Of a stretch of 64,000 nucleotides of DNA, positions 1 to 9,495 are shown piece after piece (position 1 is the stretch's first letter; every line of letters begins with the position of its first letter). The stretch is from assembly GCA_965242865.1 (NCBI GenBank), contig CBDETK010000013.1, forward strand, positions 3,872,001 through 3,936,000, in the 5' to 3' direction. Position numbers and translations under genes: made by a program. Source of the DNA: Candidatus Latescibacterota bacterium (GTDB taxonomy: Bacteria; Latescibacterota; UBA2968; UBA8231). The notes under the pieces are model-generated. The model did no database searches, was not told where the DNA came from, and saw only the letters and a program-made list of their open reading frames with translations.

Positions 1-873
1 CCATTCCCGGAAGACCTCCCCCACTTGGCTCAGCGCATCGGACAGGGACTGCCCCGACCCTTTTCCCGGCCCGGTCAGGTGCCCATAGAGGGTCCCAGAA
101 ATAACCCAGTTGTGCGTCATCACCCCCGCGAGGGGTACGGACGAGATGGCCCCAAATACGACAGTGTGCTTCAATCGGGCGGCCAGCGACGGGGTGCGAC
201 GGACCAACAGCATGAGGACGCCGAAGCCGATCAGCACCACGCCCGGGTAGCGGGTCAGCGCGGCCAGTGCGGTAAAAACCGCGCCCCACAGCAGGGGCGT
301 CCGCTCGCCGCGCTGCAGGAAGGCCGCTAACTGGATCAAGGCGAGGAGCGTCAACAGGACGAAGAGGGAGTCGGTCATGAGGCGCGACGCGAGCTCGCTC
401 AAGGGCAGGGCAACCGCGATGGTTGCGCCGGCGGCCACTGCCAGCCATCGCGCCCGGAGATTCGAGCGCAGATAGCCCCCCGCGGCGAGGATGGTCAGCC
501 CAAAGGCGGTGGCGTTGATCCACCGACCCGCGGCCAGCGGCTCAATGCCAACCCAACCGCCAGCCGCCAGCAGCAGAGGGAACAAAGGTGCCCATTCCAC
601 CAGCGGGCGGCCCCAGGCATCCCGCCAGCCCTCTCCTGCGAGGAAGTTCAGCGCCGTAGATAGGAAAACTAGGGAGTCCATTTCTACCGACGGGCCGTAG
701 GGGGCGGTGCGGATGAGAATGTGGGCGGTGCCTAGCCCAGCGAGGACGACGATGAGCAGCGCGAAGGGATCGCGCCCGAACCGGGCGATCCACTCGAATG
801 CGGAGCATTTTGCCGCAGAGAGGGTAAATCTCCCTCCCTCCCTAATTCTCATAAATTTGTTAAAAATAATCAC
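1..873 (-). CDS. GT-C/ArnT-PMT-like multi-TM membrane glycosyltransferase, paralog 1 (3' end beyond window edge)
   Basis: Manual translation from GTG 873 gives ..MRIREGGRFTLSAAKCSAFEWIARFGRDPFALLIVVLAGLGTAHILIRT.., collinear with ORF 1002..3050 and open to position 1. Confidence 0.75.
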   Translation of the reverse strand, partial: MIIFNKFMRIREGGRFTLSAAKCSAFEWIARFGRDPFALLIVVLAGLGTAHILIRTAPYGPSVEMDSLVFLSTALNFLAGEGWRDAWGRPLVEWAPLFPLLLAAGGWVGIEPLAAGRWINATAFGLTILAAGGYLRSNLRARWLAVAAGATIAVALPLSELASRLMTDSLFVLLTLLALIQLAAFLQRGERTPLLWGAVFTALAALTRYPGVVLIGFGVLMLLVRRTPSLAARLKHTVVFGAISSVPLAGVMTHNWVISGTLYGHLTGPGKGSGQSLSDALSQVGEVFREW

Positions 874-1001
874 TTATGTCGTCTTCTTAGTGTAGTAGTC
901 AAGTGCGCCACGGCCTTTTTTACCCATAGTACTCAATTGAGGTCGCTCATGGGCCTAGACGAGGAGGTCGGCGCGTCCCTTCAGCGGTGGGGCGGCGGCC
1001 A

Positions 1002-3050
1002 TCACCGGCTCGGCGAAAACTCCGCGTCCCAGAGGGTGCGGTTCTCGTTGGCAATCCACTGGCCGACCCGGATGCGGTCGATGGCATAGGCGGGCAGATG
1101 CGCGATCGCGATACACTGGTCGCCGCGCCGAATGCCGCGCCAGTTGAAATGAAAGCCGAGGTTGTCAAAGCCGTACCGCTGGCGGGAGCGCGAAAGGCCG
1201 CCCGGGTCGGCCGGGGTGACGTGCAAAACGAACTTGGCCTGCGTGTCGGCGGAAGCACACGGCTGTTTGAGGTACGTCAGCTTGCGTCCGTTGCGGTACA
1301 CGTCCCAGTCGGAGCGGACGACCCGCTCGCCGACCTGTGCGAGGAGTTGGTCCACGTAGGATTGTTTGCAGGCGCGATGCCTTTCCGCGTCGAACGGTTC
1401 GGTCGCCGCGGTCGTTAGGCGGAACACCACCCCGTCGGATAGCTCGGCCACGGGTTCCACGCCGGGCAGGCAGCGGAGGTCCAAGGCGTCGTAGGCGTAA
1501 GAAGGCTTTTGATGCTGGAGCCAAACGATATATGCGCCATCGCCCTCGGTCCTCCGCATTATGTGCGGTATCAACTGGTGAATCTTGCCCGGGAGATATT
1601 GGTGCTTTCCCGGGGGGGCGGTCCGATCCCAAAACCAAGTAAGTTGGTTGTGTTGGCTGTAAATCCTGCTGTCGCTATCGCTAAGGTGGAGCCTGATATA
1701 ATTCAGGGCCTCGGAAGATTCATAGTCGGAGCCATTGAGCGTCCAGCTTTTAAACCCTTCTCTCCATGCTTGGTAGGTAATACGGAGGTTTCTATGCACC
1801 GAGAAGCCGCCGTGGGCGAGGGCGGCGAGCAAGACGAGGGACGCCAGACCGCAGGCGGCGCGGCCCTGTCCCGCCGCCTTAATGGACAGGAACCGGTCCA
1901 GCAAGAACGCGGCCACCAACAGCAGCGGCACATATACCGGCAGTAGGTAGCGGCTGTCGATGCCCTGCCTAACCGTGAAAGGCACGACAGCGACCATGAA
2001 ACTGAGATAGGCTAGGGCGAACCCCGCGAATGGGAACACCGGCCCCAAACGGAAATAGGCCGGCGCGGCCTTTGGGGCCGGCTGGCGACCGTGCAGGACG
2101 ACCGCGGCGCCGGCTAGCCCGACTGCGGCGACCGCCAACCACAGCAGGTACGCCACCCCATCCGGCGCGTTCGGGGGGGCGACCCACTCGCCGAACACCT
2201 CGGCGATCTGGTGCAGCCCAGCGGATAGAGACTGCCCGGACGCGCCCCGCCTCCCGGTCAGAGTCCCGGAGACCGCCCAGTTGCGCGTCATCACCCCCGC
2301 GAGGGGCAAGGATGCGATGGTGCTAAATACAACGGCGTCTTTCAACCGGATGACCAGCGGCGAGGTGCGCCGCACCAGCAACAGCAGGACGCCGGTGCCG
2401 ATCAGGACCACGCCCGGCCAACGGGTCACCGCGGTCAGCCCGGTAAAAACCGCACCTAACAGCAGGGGTGTCTGCCCGCCGCGATGCAGGAAGGATGCCA
2501 ATTGGACCAAGGCGAGGAGAGTCAACAGGACAAGGAGGGGCTCGGTCATGAGGCGTGACGCGAACTCGCTCAAGGGCAGGGAGGCCGCGATGGTCGCGGT
2601 GGCGGCCAGTGTCAGCCACCGCGACCGGAGATTTGAGCGCAGCCAACCGCCCGAGGCGAGGATGGTCAGCCCGAAGGCGGTGGCGTTGATCCATCGACTC
2701 GCCGCCAGCGGCTCAATGCCGACCCAACCGAAGGCCGCCAGCAGCAGGACGAACAAGGGCGGCCATCCCACCAACGGGCGGCCCGTGAAATCCTGCAAGC
2801 CCTCTCCCGCGAGGACATTTATGGTCGTGGACAGGAAAACCATGAAATCCCCGCGGACTTCTAGGCCGTAGGTGGCAGTGCGGACGAGGATGTGGGCGGT
2901 GCCCAGCCCGGCGAGGACGACGATGAGCAGCGCGGAGGGGTCGCACCGAAACCGGGCGATCTGCTTGAATGCGGAGCATTTTGCCGCAAAGAGGGTAAAT
3001 CTCCCCCCCCCCCCCCCCCCCATTCTCATAAATTTAGTAAAAACAATCAC
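1002..3050 (-). CDS. GT-C/ArnT-PMT-like membrane glycosyltransferase with C-terminal extracytoplasmic domain, paralog 2
   Basis: 682 aa; many TM segments, WPPLF, 'LMTEPL', 'TRWPG', 'SRYLLP' motifs typical of family 39/83-like enzymes; soluble Cys-containing C-terminal domain. Confidence 0.7.
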   Translation of the reverse strand: MIVFTKFMRMGGGGGGRFTLFAAKCSAFKQIARFRCDPSALLIVVLAGLGTAHILVRTATYGLEVRGDFMVFLSTTINVLAGEGLQDFTGRPLVGWPPLFVLLLAAFGWVGIEPLAASRWINATAFGLTILASGGWLRSNLRSRWLTLAATATIAASLPLSEFASRLMTEPLLVLLTLLALVQLASFLHRGGQTPLLLGAVFTGLTAVTRWPGVVLIGTGVLLLLVRRTSPLVIRLKDAVVFSTIASLPLAGVMTRNWAVSGTLTGRRGASGQSLSAGLHQIAEVFGEWVAPPNAPDGVAYLLWLAVAAVGLAGAAVVLHGRQPAPKAAPAYFRLGPVFPFAGFALAYLSFMVAVVPFTVRQGIDSRYLLPVYVPLLLVAAFLLDRFLSIKAAGQGRAACGLASLVLLAALAHGGFSVHRNLRITYQAWREGFKSWTLNGSDYESSEALNYIRLHLSDSDSRIYSQHNQLTWFWDRTAPPGKHQYLPGKIHQLIPHIMRRTEGDGAYIVWLQHQKPSYAYDALDLRCLPGVEPVAELSDGVVFRLTTAATEPFDAERHRACKQSYVDQLLAQVGERVVRSDWDVYRNGRKLTYLKQPCASADTQAKFVLHVTPADPGGLSRSRQRYGFDNLGFHFNWRGIRRGDQCIAIAHLPAYAIDRIRVGQWIANENRTLWDAEFSPSR
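3003..3021 (-). repeat. G19 homopolymer in the 5' coding region (in frame, MGGGGGGR)
   Basis: 19 consecutive C on + strand. Confidence 0.9.
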
Positions 3051-3174
3051 TTACGTTGTTGTCCTTAGTATAGTGGTCAGGGTCAGGGTGCGCCACGGCC
3101 TTTTTTTGCTCATAGTACTTAACTCAATCAATGCGGTGATGTAAAGAACGGCCCGGCGAGTAGGATGTCCTGTA

Positions 3175-3963
3175 TCACCGGCCCGGCGAAAACGCCGCGT
3201 CCCAGAGGGTGCGGTTCCCGTTGGCAATCCATTGGCCGACTCGGATGCGGCCGATGGGGTAGCCGGGCAGTGGGGCGGTCGCGATACACTGGTCGCCGAC
3301 CCGGAGACCGCGCCGGTCGAAATAGAAGCCGAGGTTGTCGTAGTCGTACCGCCTGCGGGGCTCTGACAGGTCTGCCGGGCGTGCTAGGTCTTCCGGGTCG
3401 GCGGGGGTGACGTGCAAAACGAACTTCGCCTGCACATCGGCGCGGGTGCAGGGCTCTTTGAAGTAGATCAGCTTGCGCCCCTTGCGGTACACATCCCAGC
3501 CGGCGCGAACCACCGGATCGCCAGCCTGTTGGATGAGTTGCTCCGCGTAGCGTTGTTTGCAGGCGCGATGCCGGTCCGCATCAAAGGGTTCGGCCGTCGT
3601 TACGCGGAACACAACGCCATCGGATAGCTCGGCCACGGTTTCCACGCCGGGCAGGCAGCGGATGTCCAAGGCGTCGTAGGCGTAAAAAGCCCTTTCATTC
3701 TGGAGCCAAACGATATGAGCATCGTCGGGCCATCGCATTATGAGCGGCATCAACTTGCGAAACCACGGGAGAAACTTGTGCCTTCCCAAGGCGGCGGTCC
3801 GATCCCGATCCCACCACCAAGTAAGGTAAGCGTTGTTGCTATAAATTCTGCCCTCGCGAAGGTTGGTTCTGATGTAATTCAGGGTCTCGGAAGGTTCCCA
3901 GTAGGAGCCATTGATCGTCAAGTATTCAAACCCGGCTCTCCATGCTTGGCGGGTAATGCGGAA
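3175..3963 (-). pseudogene. 5'-truncated third paralog retaining only the C-terminal extracytoplasmic domain
   Basis: RITRQAWRAGFEYLTINGS.. matches RITYQAWREGFKSWTLNGS of paralog 2; an in-frame TAA lies just upstream and no TM domain is present. Confidence 0.75.
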
Positions 3964-4102
3964 TTACATGATTTATGCCGGTCTCAGAGGATCGGGATGG
4001 AATCGCGTGTCAGCAGTCGGGACGGGCTTAGCCGTGGCAAGCCCGATATAGGGGCAACTCTTGTGATTGTCCTCTTGCGACTGCCGCTATAGAGCACCCC
4101 TT

Positions 4103-5485
4103 TCACCCACGCTCATCGGCCCGCTCAATGACCCGCATACTCTTCCAGCGGCCCGTGCGAAAGCGCAGGTAAAAAGCCACGCCCATGACGCATACATAGG
4201 CGCAGGCAAAGCTCCATATCAGGTATAGCCCCCCGTCGAAATAGGTCAGGGCCACAAAAGACGGCACGACCATGAGCACCCAAGCCAGCGCGATCGACAT
4301 CCACATGACGAAGCGGGTGTCGCCCGCGCCCTTCAGGGTCGCCGTAAAGACCATATAGGCTGCGTCGGAGACGCCGTACAGGGCCACGAAGCGCAGCAAG
4401 ACCACGGCGATCTGATGCGCGGTCGCAAAGTGGGCGTCCCGATCCTCGCCAAAGGGCGCCAAGAAAAACTCCGGCACCACGACGTAGCCCACGGACATCG
4501 TCCCCATGTACAGCATGGCCAAGTGCAAGCCCGTCCATGTGCAGTACTCGGCGGCTTCGGGCTGATCGCGCCCCAAGCACTGGCCTACCATCGTCGAGAC
4601 GGCGATACTACAGCCAATGAGCGGCATAAAGGCGAGACTGTTGATGTGAAAGGCCAAATTCGTCGCGGCCAGCGGAATCGGCCCCAAGCGGCCCACGATG
4701 AACAAAAACAACGTAAAGGCCATGATGTCGAGCATGAAGTTGACGCCATTGGGGCCGCCAAAGCGCAATAGGCGCAGCAGCAGTTTGAGATCGGGCTTCC
4801 AGCCGCGCAAAGTGGCGTATTCGCTGCGATAGCGCGGCCCCAAGAACAGCAGCGCGAAGGACAGGGCCGAGACCACTAAGCCGATGTTGGTAGCCCACGC
4901 CGCCCCGACGATCCCCAACTCCGGCAGCCCCCAGTGCCCGAAGATCAAGCCGTAATCGCAGACGATGTTGACGCTGATGGCCACGGCGTTGACCGCCAGC
5001 ACCACCCACGTCTGCCCCCGTCCACTGAAAAAGCACGAGAAGGCCGTGGATAAGACCTGCGGCCCCGTGCCGTAGCAAAGGATGCGGAAGTACTGGGTTT
5101 CGGCGGCGCGGATGGCTGGGTCGTGGCCGATGAACGCGAAGAGTTCGCCGGCCAAGGCGGCCGGCAGCAAGGCCAAGAGGCCGCTGAACACAGCTACGTA
5201 CGCCCCTTGCCACACGGCCGGCCCCACGCGCGTCAGCCGCCGCGCCCCCATGTATTGGGCGACAAACGTGTTGGCGTATTGGGCCGTGCCCATGAAGAGG
5301 CTGATGAAGGTGAAGTTGGCCATGCCCGCCGGCAGCGCGGCCGCCAACGCCTCGGTGGAATACCAAGAGAGAAAGACCCGGTCGACAAAGTGCTGGATGC
5401 TCCAGCTAGCCGTGCTCAGAATCAGCGGCAGGGCGATCCGCAAAAACTCCCGGTATCCGCCTGCGGCCCCCCACCGCCTAGCCAT
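4103..5485 (-). CDS. MATE family efflux transporter
   Basis: 'LRIALPLILS..VDRVFLS', 'PELGIVGAAWAT', 'STMVGQCLG', 'LKGAGDT'; start chosen at ATG 5485. Confidence 0.9.
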   Translation of the reverse strand: MARRWGAAGGYREFLRIALPLILSTASWSIQHFVDRVFLSWYSTEALAAALPAGMANFTFISLFMGTAQYANTFVAQYMGARRLTRVGPAVWQGAYVAVFSGLLALLPAALAGELFAFIGHDPAIRAAETQYFRILCYGTGPQVLSTAFSCFFSGRGQTWVVLAVNAVAISVNIVCDYGLIFGHWGLPELGIVGAAWATNIGLVVSALSFALLFLGPRYRSEYATLRGWKPDLKLLLRLLRFGGPNGVNFMLDIMAFTLFLFIVGRLGPIPLAATNLAFHINSLAFMPLIGCSIAVSTMVGQCLGRDQPEAAEYCTWTGLHLAMLYMGTMSVGYVVVPEFFLAPFGEDRDAHFATAHQIAVVLLRFVALYGVSDAAYMVFTATLKGAGDTRFVMWMSIALAWVLMVVPSFVALTYFDGGLYLIWSFACAYVCVMGVAFYLRFRTGRWKSMRVIERADERG

Positions 5486-5496
5486 GCGGCCCACGC

Positions 5497-6516
5497 TCAA
5501 CTCGCCATAACTTCGGCCACGGCAATCAGTTCGCCCCCGCGCCGCGCCGACTCCCATCCCGCCAGCACCGGGGCCAGCGAATAGAGGCCATCGGCATAGT
5601 CGTTGAGGAGCAGGGCGCGGTTGCCGGTGCGCACGGCCTCAATGAAGACGCGGTCTTGCTCAAACCACGGGTCGAATTCCTCCGGCGCATACACGACCTC
5701 GCCATTGACTTCAATCCGGTCGTACATCCACAGCGCCAAGTAGCCCCCTTCGTAAAAAACAGTGAAGCGCGGCTCGTCGCCCGGGGTCGCAGGCGTGGTG
5801 GCGAGGAATGTCGAGGTCATGGTCGCCCCGTTGGCTAACAAAAAGTTAAACGAACACGACAGCGGCGCGTTGTACCGAGGGGGGTGGTAGTAAAACGCTT
5901 GGGCTTGGGTGACATTGAGGCCGCTCATAAAGCGCACGTAGTCAACGGCGTGAACGCCCCAGTCAAAGGCCGTGCCGCCGGCTTTGTCCATCTGGTAGTG
6001 CCAACTGTGCGGATCGGGCACGTCGGCTTCGAGCAGGGGCAGGCCGGATGTGCTTTGGAAGCGAATGTGGGTAATGGCCTTATCTGCGAGTAGGCGACGG
6101 GCTTCCTGAAAGAGCGGGCGGTAGCGCTCGCGGAAACAGACCGTTGCGATCGCGCCGCCCTCGGCGACCGCAGCGGCGATGCGCCGCGCAACGGCCATGC
6201 TGGTCGCTTGCGGCTTCTCGCTGAAGAGGTGGATGCCCCGGGCGGCGGCCGTAGCTTCCACATCGGTGCGAGCAAAAGCTGGCACCACCGAGTAGAGCGC
6301 GTCGAGCTGCTCTTTTGCGAGCATCTGGTGCGGGTCTGGATAGGTGCGGGCGATGGAGAATTTCTGTGCGGTCACGGCGAGGTTCTCTGGGTTGGGGTCA
6401 CTCGCGGCGACGAGCTCGACGTCGGCGAGCGTCCTCAAGTTGGGCAGGTGCGTTTGGTTAGCGAAACGGCCAGTGCCATAGATGCCGACGCGCACCGGGC
6501 GATTGTTTGCAGCCAT
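5497..6516 (-). CDS. Gfo/Idh/MocA family oxidoreductase
   Basis: VGIYGTGRFA Rossmann motif, 'SEKP', 'DWGVHAVD'. Confidence 0.9.
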   Translation of the reverse strand: MAANNRPVRVGIYGTGRFANQTHLPNLRTLADVELVAASDPNPENLAVTAQKFSIARTYPDPHQMLAKEQLDALYSVVPAFARTDVEATAAARGIHLFSEKPQATSMAVARRIAAAVAEGGAIATVCFRERYRPLFQEARRLLADKAITHIRFQSTSGLPLLEADVPDPHSWHYQMDKAGGTAFDWGVHAVDYVRFMSGLNVTQAQAFYYHPPRYNAPLSCSFNFLLANGATMTSTFLATTPATPGDEPRFTVFYEGGYLALWMYDRIEVNGEVVYAPEEFDPWFEQDRVFIEAVRTGNRALLLNDYADGLYSLAPVLAGWESARRGGELIAVAEVMAS

Positions 6517-6648
6517 GGGAAATCCTTTGTTGATCAGCCTTTATGCGAAGCGAAATGGGCAAGAAAAGAAAAAAGGGGCGTACGCGCCAGACCGCTTTGA
6601 GGCGGGTCGCGGGGCAGTATTAGAGGCTATGCGCCCAATGCAAAGCCC

Positions 6649-6677
6649 TTGCGTCCTATACGTCATTGGCGCATACT
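6649..6677 (+). promoter_or_regulatory. sigma70-type promoter with overlapping imperfect palindromic operator for the TA operon
   Basis: TTGCGT(6649)-17 nt-CATACT(6672); TATACGTCA-T-TGGCGCATA palindrome at 6657-6675. Confidence 0.55.
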
Positions 6678-6684
6678 ACGATGT

Positions 6685-7002
6685 ATGGTATTCGTCGAAA
6701 CCCCGATCTTCACGAAGGAGATCTTGACACTCTTACCCGATGAGGGCTATCGAGCAATGCAACTCGCGCTCCTATTCCGCCCGGAATCAGGAGAGATTAT
6801 TCCGGGTAGTGGTGGATTGCGAAAATTGAGATGGAAACTGCCGTACACTGGCCAACGAGGTGGTCTCCGTGTGATCTACTATTGGGATAAGCCATCCGAG
6901 GTCCTTTATATGCTGTGGGTGTATCGCAAGAGCCGACAAGAAGATCTCACCCCTCGACAATGCAAACTGCTTAGTACACTCGTAAAGGAGTATCTAGCAT
7001 GA
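6685..7002 (+). CDS. higB: Type II TA toxin, RelE/HigB family
   Basis: MVFVETPIFTK..GEIIPGSGGLRKLRW..GQRGGLRVIYY; toxin upstream of an HTH antitoxin. Confidence 0.85.
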   Translation: MVFVETPIFTKEILTLLPDEGYRAMQLALLFRPESGEIIPGSGGLRKLRWKLPYTGQRGGLRVIYYWDKPSEVLYMLWVYRKSRQEDLTPRQCKLLSTLVKEYLA

Positions 7003-7289
7003 ATGAGCGCGACTTTGACCAACTTATAGCTAGCGTTAAGCAAGCCGGAGCGATCAAGCGCGGCAAGATGAAGCCAGGGCGTAGGATCCAGATGAATCCC
7101 GCCGATATTAAGATGATTCGCAAGAAACTAGATAAATCTCAATCGGAATTCGCCTTGATGATTGGTGTCAGCGTCTCTACCTTGCAGAATTGGGAGCAGG
7201 GACGCCGGCGACCCGAGGGACCAGCTCGGGCCCTACTGAAAATTGCGTCGGAGAATCCCGAAACGGTGGCGCAGTCGTTAAGTGCTTAA
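6999..7289 (+). CDS. higA: Type II TA antitoxin, HigA/XRE HTH
   Basis: 'SQSEFALMIGVSVSTLQNWEQGRRRPEGPA'; ATGA overlap with the toxin. Confidence 0.88.
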   Translation: MNERDFDQLIASVKQAGAIKRGKMKPGRRIQMNPADIKMIRKKLDKSQSEFALMIGVSVSTLQNWEQGRRRPEGPARALLKIASENPETVAQSLSA

Positions 7290-7372
7290 CTTTGTAGATG
7301 CAAGGGCGTTCATCGGCAAAACGGTCAATTCGAGCTGTCCGTAACACGCAAAGCGATATAAAAAAGAAATCC

Positions 7373-8035
7373 ATGCCATTTAAGATTGCGGACGATCCGG
7401 CTGTCGATTATCGGGAGTTGGTACGGACCGCCTATAACCGATGTGCGATGGATTACGCTCGGCAAAGGCGTACTACACCCGGAGCGGAACTCAGCTTCGT
7501 AACGGACCGCCTGACACCCGGTTCAAAAATTCTCGATGTCGGCTGTGGTGCGGGTATTCCAGTCGCCCAACATCTTGCAAGGACGTTCAGCCTCACCGGG
7601 ATCGACATCTCCTCGAGCATGATAGCCCTAGCCCGAAAAAATGTCCCCGCGGCCCAATTCGTCCTCGCCGACGTAGTAAAGACCGAATTTTCCGCGAGCA
7701 GCTTTGATGCCATTGTCAGCTTTTACGCGATCTTCCACATCCCCAGACAGGAGCATCTGAACCTCTTTCGTCGATTTGCACAGTGGCTTCGACCCGGCGG
7801 CCTCCTGCTGTTTACGGTTGCGAGGCAAGACGACGGGCCGGGATACACTGAAGACGACTTCTTCGGCGAGACCATGTACTGGAGCAACTTTGGTCCCGCG
7901 ACCTACAGGACGTTTCTCGCTGAGACAGGATTTCAGGTTGAACAGGAAGGTATTGTAGGCGGAGGATTCGGAAGTGTGGAGGCACCGGACGGGGAGGGGA
8001 TTCACCCATTTTTCTGCGCCGTTAAAAGCACGTAA
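7373..8035 (+). CDS. Class I SAM-dependent methyltransferase
   Basis: ILDVGCGAG motif I, 'GIDIS', 'FDAIVSFYAIFH', 'LRPGG'. Confidence 0.88.
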   Translation: MPFKIADDPAVDYRELVRTAYNRCAMDYARQRRTTPGAELSFVTDRLTPGSKILDVGCGAGIPVAQHLARTFSLTGIDISSSMIALARKNVPAAQFVLADVVKTEFSASSFDAIVSFYAIFHIPRQEHLNLFRRFAQWLRPGGLLLFTVARQDDGPGYTEDDFFGETMYWSNFGPATYRTFLAETGFQVEQEGIVGGGFGSVEAPDGEGIHPFFCAVKST

Positions 8036-8057
8036 CCCAATCTAGAAAGGATTACCC

Positions 8058-8459
8058 ATGCCGCTAACAGGTCGATGTCTTTGCGGGGCGGTCCGTTATA
8101 CAAGCGACTCGGTTCCCCAATATGTGACCTATTGCCACTGCGACGATTGCCGTAGAGTCACGGGCAGTGCTTTCAATGTTGGAGTTGGCGTACCAGCGTC
8201 CACGTTTCAACTGAGCGGTAAAACCAAAGGCTACGAATCTACCAATGCCGAGGGCCGCACAAAAATTCGCGAATTCTACCCAGAATGTGGTTCGCAATTG
8301 TTCACGCGGTATCCCGACTTGGTGTTTATCAAGGCCGGCACCCTAGACGATTCCGAAGAGTTGCAACCCACTCGGGAAATTTGGACTGAAATGGCAGTTC
8401 CGTGGTCTAAAATTCCCGACGGTTTGCACCAATTTCCCCGTGGGGGGAGTTCGCGTTAG
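8058..8459 (+). CDS. GFA/CENP-V family protein
   Basis: GRCLCGAVRY..CHCDDCRR..(FYPECGS)..KAGTLDD. Confidence 0.88.
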   Translation: MPLTGRCLCGAVRYTSDSVPQYVTYCHCDDCRRVTGSAFNVGVGVPASTFQLSGKTKGYESTNAEGRTKIREFYPECGSQLFTRYPDLVFIKAGTLDDSEELQPTREIWTEMAVPWSKIPDGLHQFPRGGSSR

Positions 8460-8468
8460 AGGGGTCAG

Positions 8469-9047
8469 ATGAGAATTTCAATCGTCAGCAGCAGCCTCAA
8501 GGCCGATAGTCGCAGTCGGATGCTTGCTGCCATCTGTCAGACCGCTCTAGAGGACAAGGGCAGCTCGGTTGACTTCGTCGATCTTCGCCAACTTGATCCG
8601 CCGAATTTCGACGACGACCAGATTTATTCATCCGCGGCGTACCAATCGTGCCACAGCGTCATTGCAGCGTCTGATGCCGTAATTTTGGCGAGTCCAGTGT
8701 ACAACTGGGCGTGTTGCGCTGAACTCAAGAAGTTTGTCGAGTATATAGGCTCTACGCCGCCAGACGGGTCGTTCAAAGGTGCTTTCTACGACAAAATCGT
8801 GATGTTCGTCAATGCCGGCGGGTTGCCGCACAGCTATATGGCGTTTGCATCGCTGGCAACATCCCTCATGTTGGATTTCAAGTGCATTATTAGCCCGTAT
8901 AACGTATATGCCCACGACGGCAATTGGGTTGATGGCGGCAAACTCGACGACGCAACGACAACGAGACTAAACAGATCTCTAGCGGTGCTGACTGAACTTG
9001 CGGAACGGCTTGAGAGCCGGTCCTATACATCGAACTGGGAAATCTAA
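8469..9047 (+). CDS. NADPH-dependent FMN reductase family protein
   Basis: 'SSLKADSRSR', 'SDAVILASPVYNW'. Confidence 0.85.
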   Translation: MRISIVSSSLKADSRSRMLAAICQTALEDKGSSVDFVDLRQLDPPNFDDDQIYSSAAYQSCHSVIAASDAVILASPVYNWACCAELKKFVEYIGSTPPDGSFKGAFYDKIVMFVNAGGLPHSYMAFASLATSLMLDFKCIISPYNVYAHDGNWVDGGKLDDATTTRLNRSLAVLTELAERLESRSYTSNWEI

Positions 9048-9454
9048 TGCCAGATTGCGACTACAGTCTTACGTGGTATCACGGCTCGCAGCAAGAGCTG
9101 ACCAAACTTAGGGTTGGAAGTTCTATTACCCAGCGTATAAGTGTGGCGAAAGCGTTCTCTCACAAGCCCTCAGTCGTCTCTCAGTCTGACGGAGGTGCGG
9201 TTAAGCACAACGGCACAACGCCCGGTTATCTCTATGCTGTTTCCGATGACATTGGTCCTGACGATGTGCATCCCCATCCCCATCCAGCAAATGCCACTCG
9301 CTGGGAGTGGCTGACTAACCGGGAATTGAAGCTAAAACTCATTGAACAGACTATCGCAACCGACAAAGAACGCCTGACAGACGAAGAAGTCGCCGCGATA
9401 CGGCGGAAACAGCAGGAAAGAGGCGAGGAGACCTTTGTGGAGTGGTCTGCTTGA
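9047..9454 (+). CDS. Hypothetical protein, possible ADP-ribosyltransferase-like fold
   Basis: 135 aa, coupled to the upstream gene (TAATG overlap); 'WYHGS', 'GYLYAV', 'EWLTNRELKL'. Confidence 0.55.
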   Translation: MPDCDYSLTWYHGSQQELTKLRVGSSITQRISVAKAFSHKPSVVSQSDGGAVKHNGTTPGYLYAVSDDIGPDDVHPHPHPANATRWEWLTNRELKLKLIEQTIATDKERLTDEEVAAIRRKQQERGEETFVEWSA

Positions 9455-9495
9455 GAAAGTGACAATATCTCTGATTGGGAGAGTAGCAAATCGAA

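Noticed and set aside
4023-4072. Two adjacent hairpins, one resembling a degenerate GTAG-type REP
   Set aside because: Imperfect, single copy in the window, no RAYT gene; cannot be supported as an element
6685-9454. Integron-like cassette array (TA, methyltransferase, GFA, reductase; GCTTAAC at the higA stop)
   Set aside because: No paired RYYYAAC...GTTRRRY attC hairpins; most spacers too short or overlapping; no integrase
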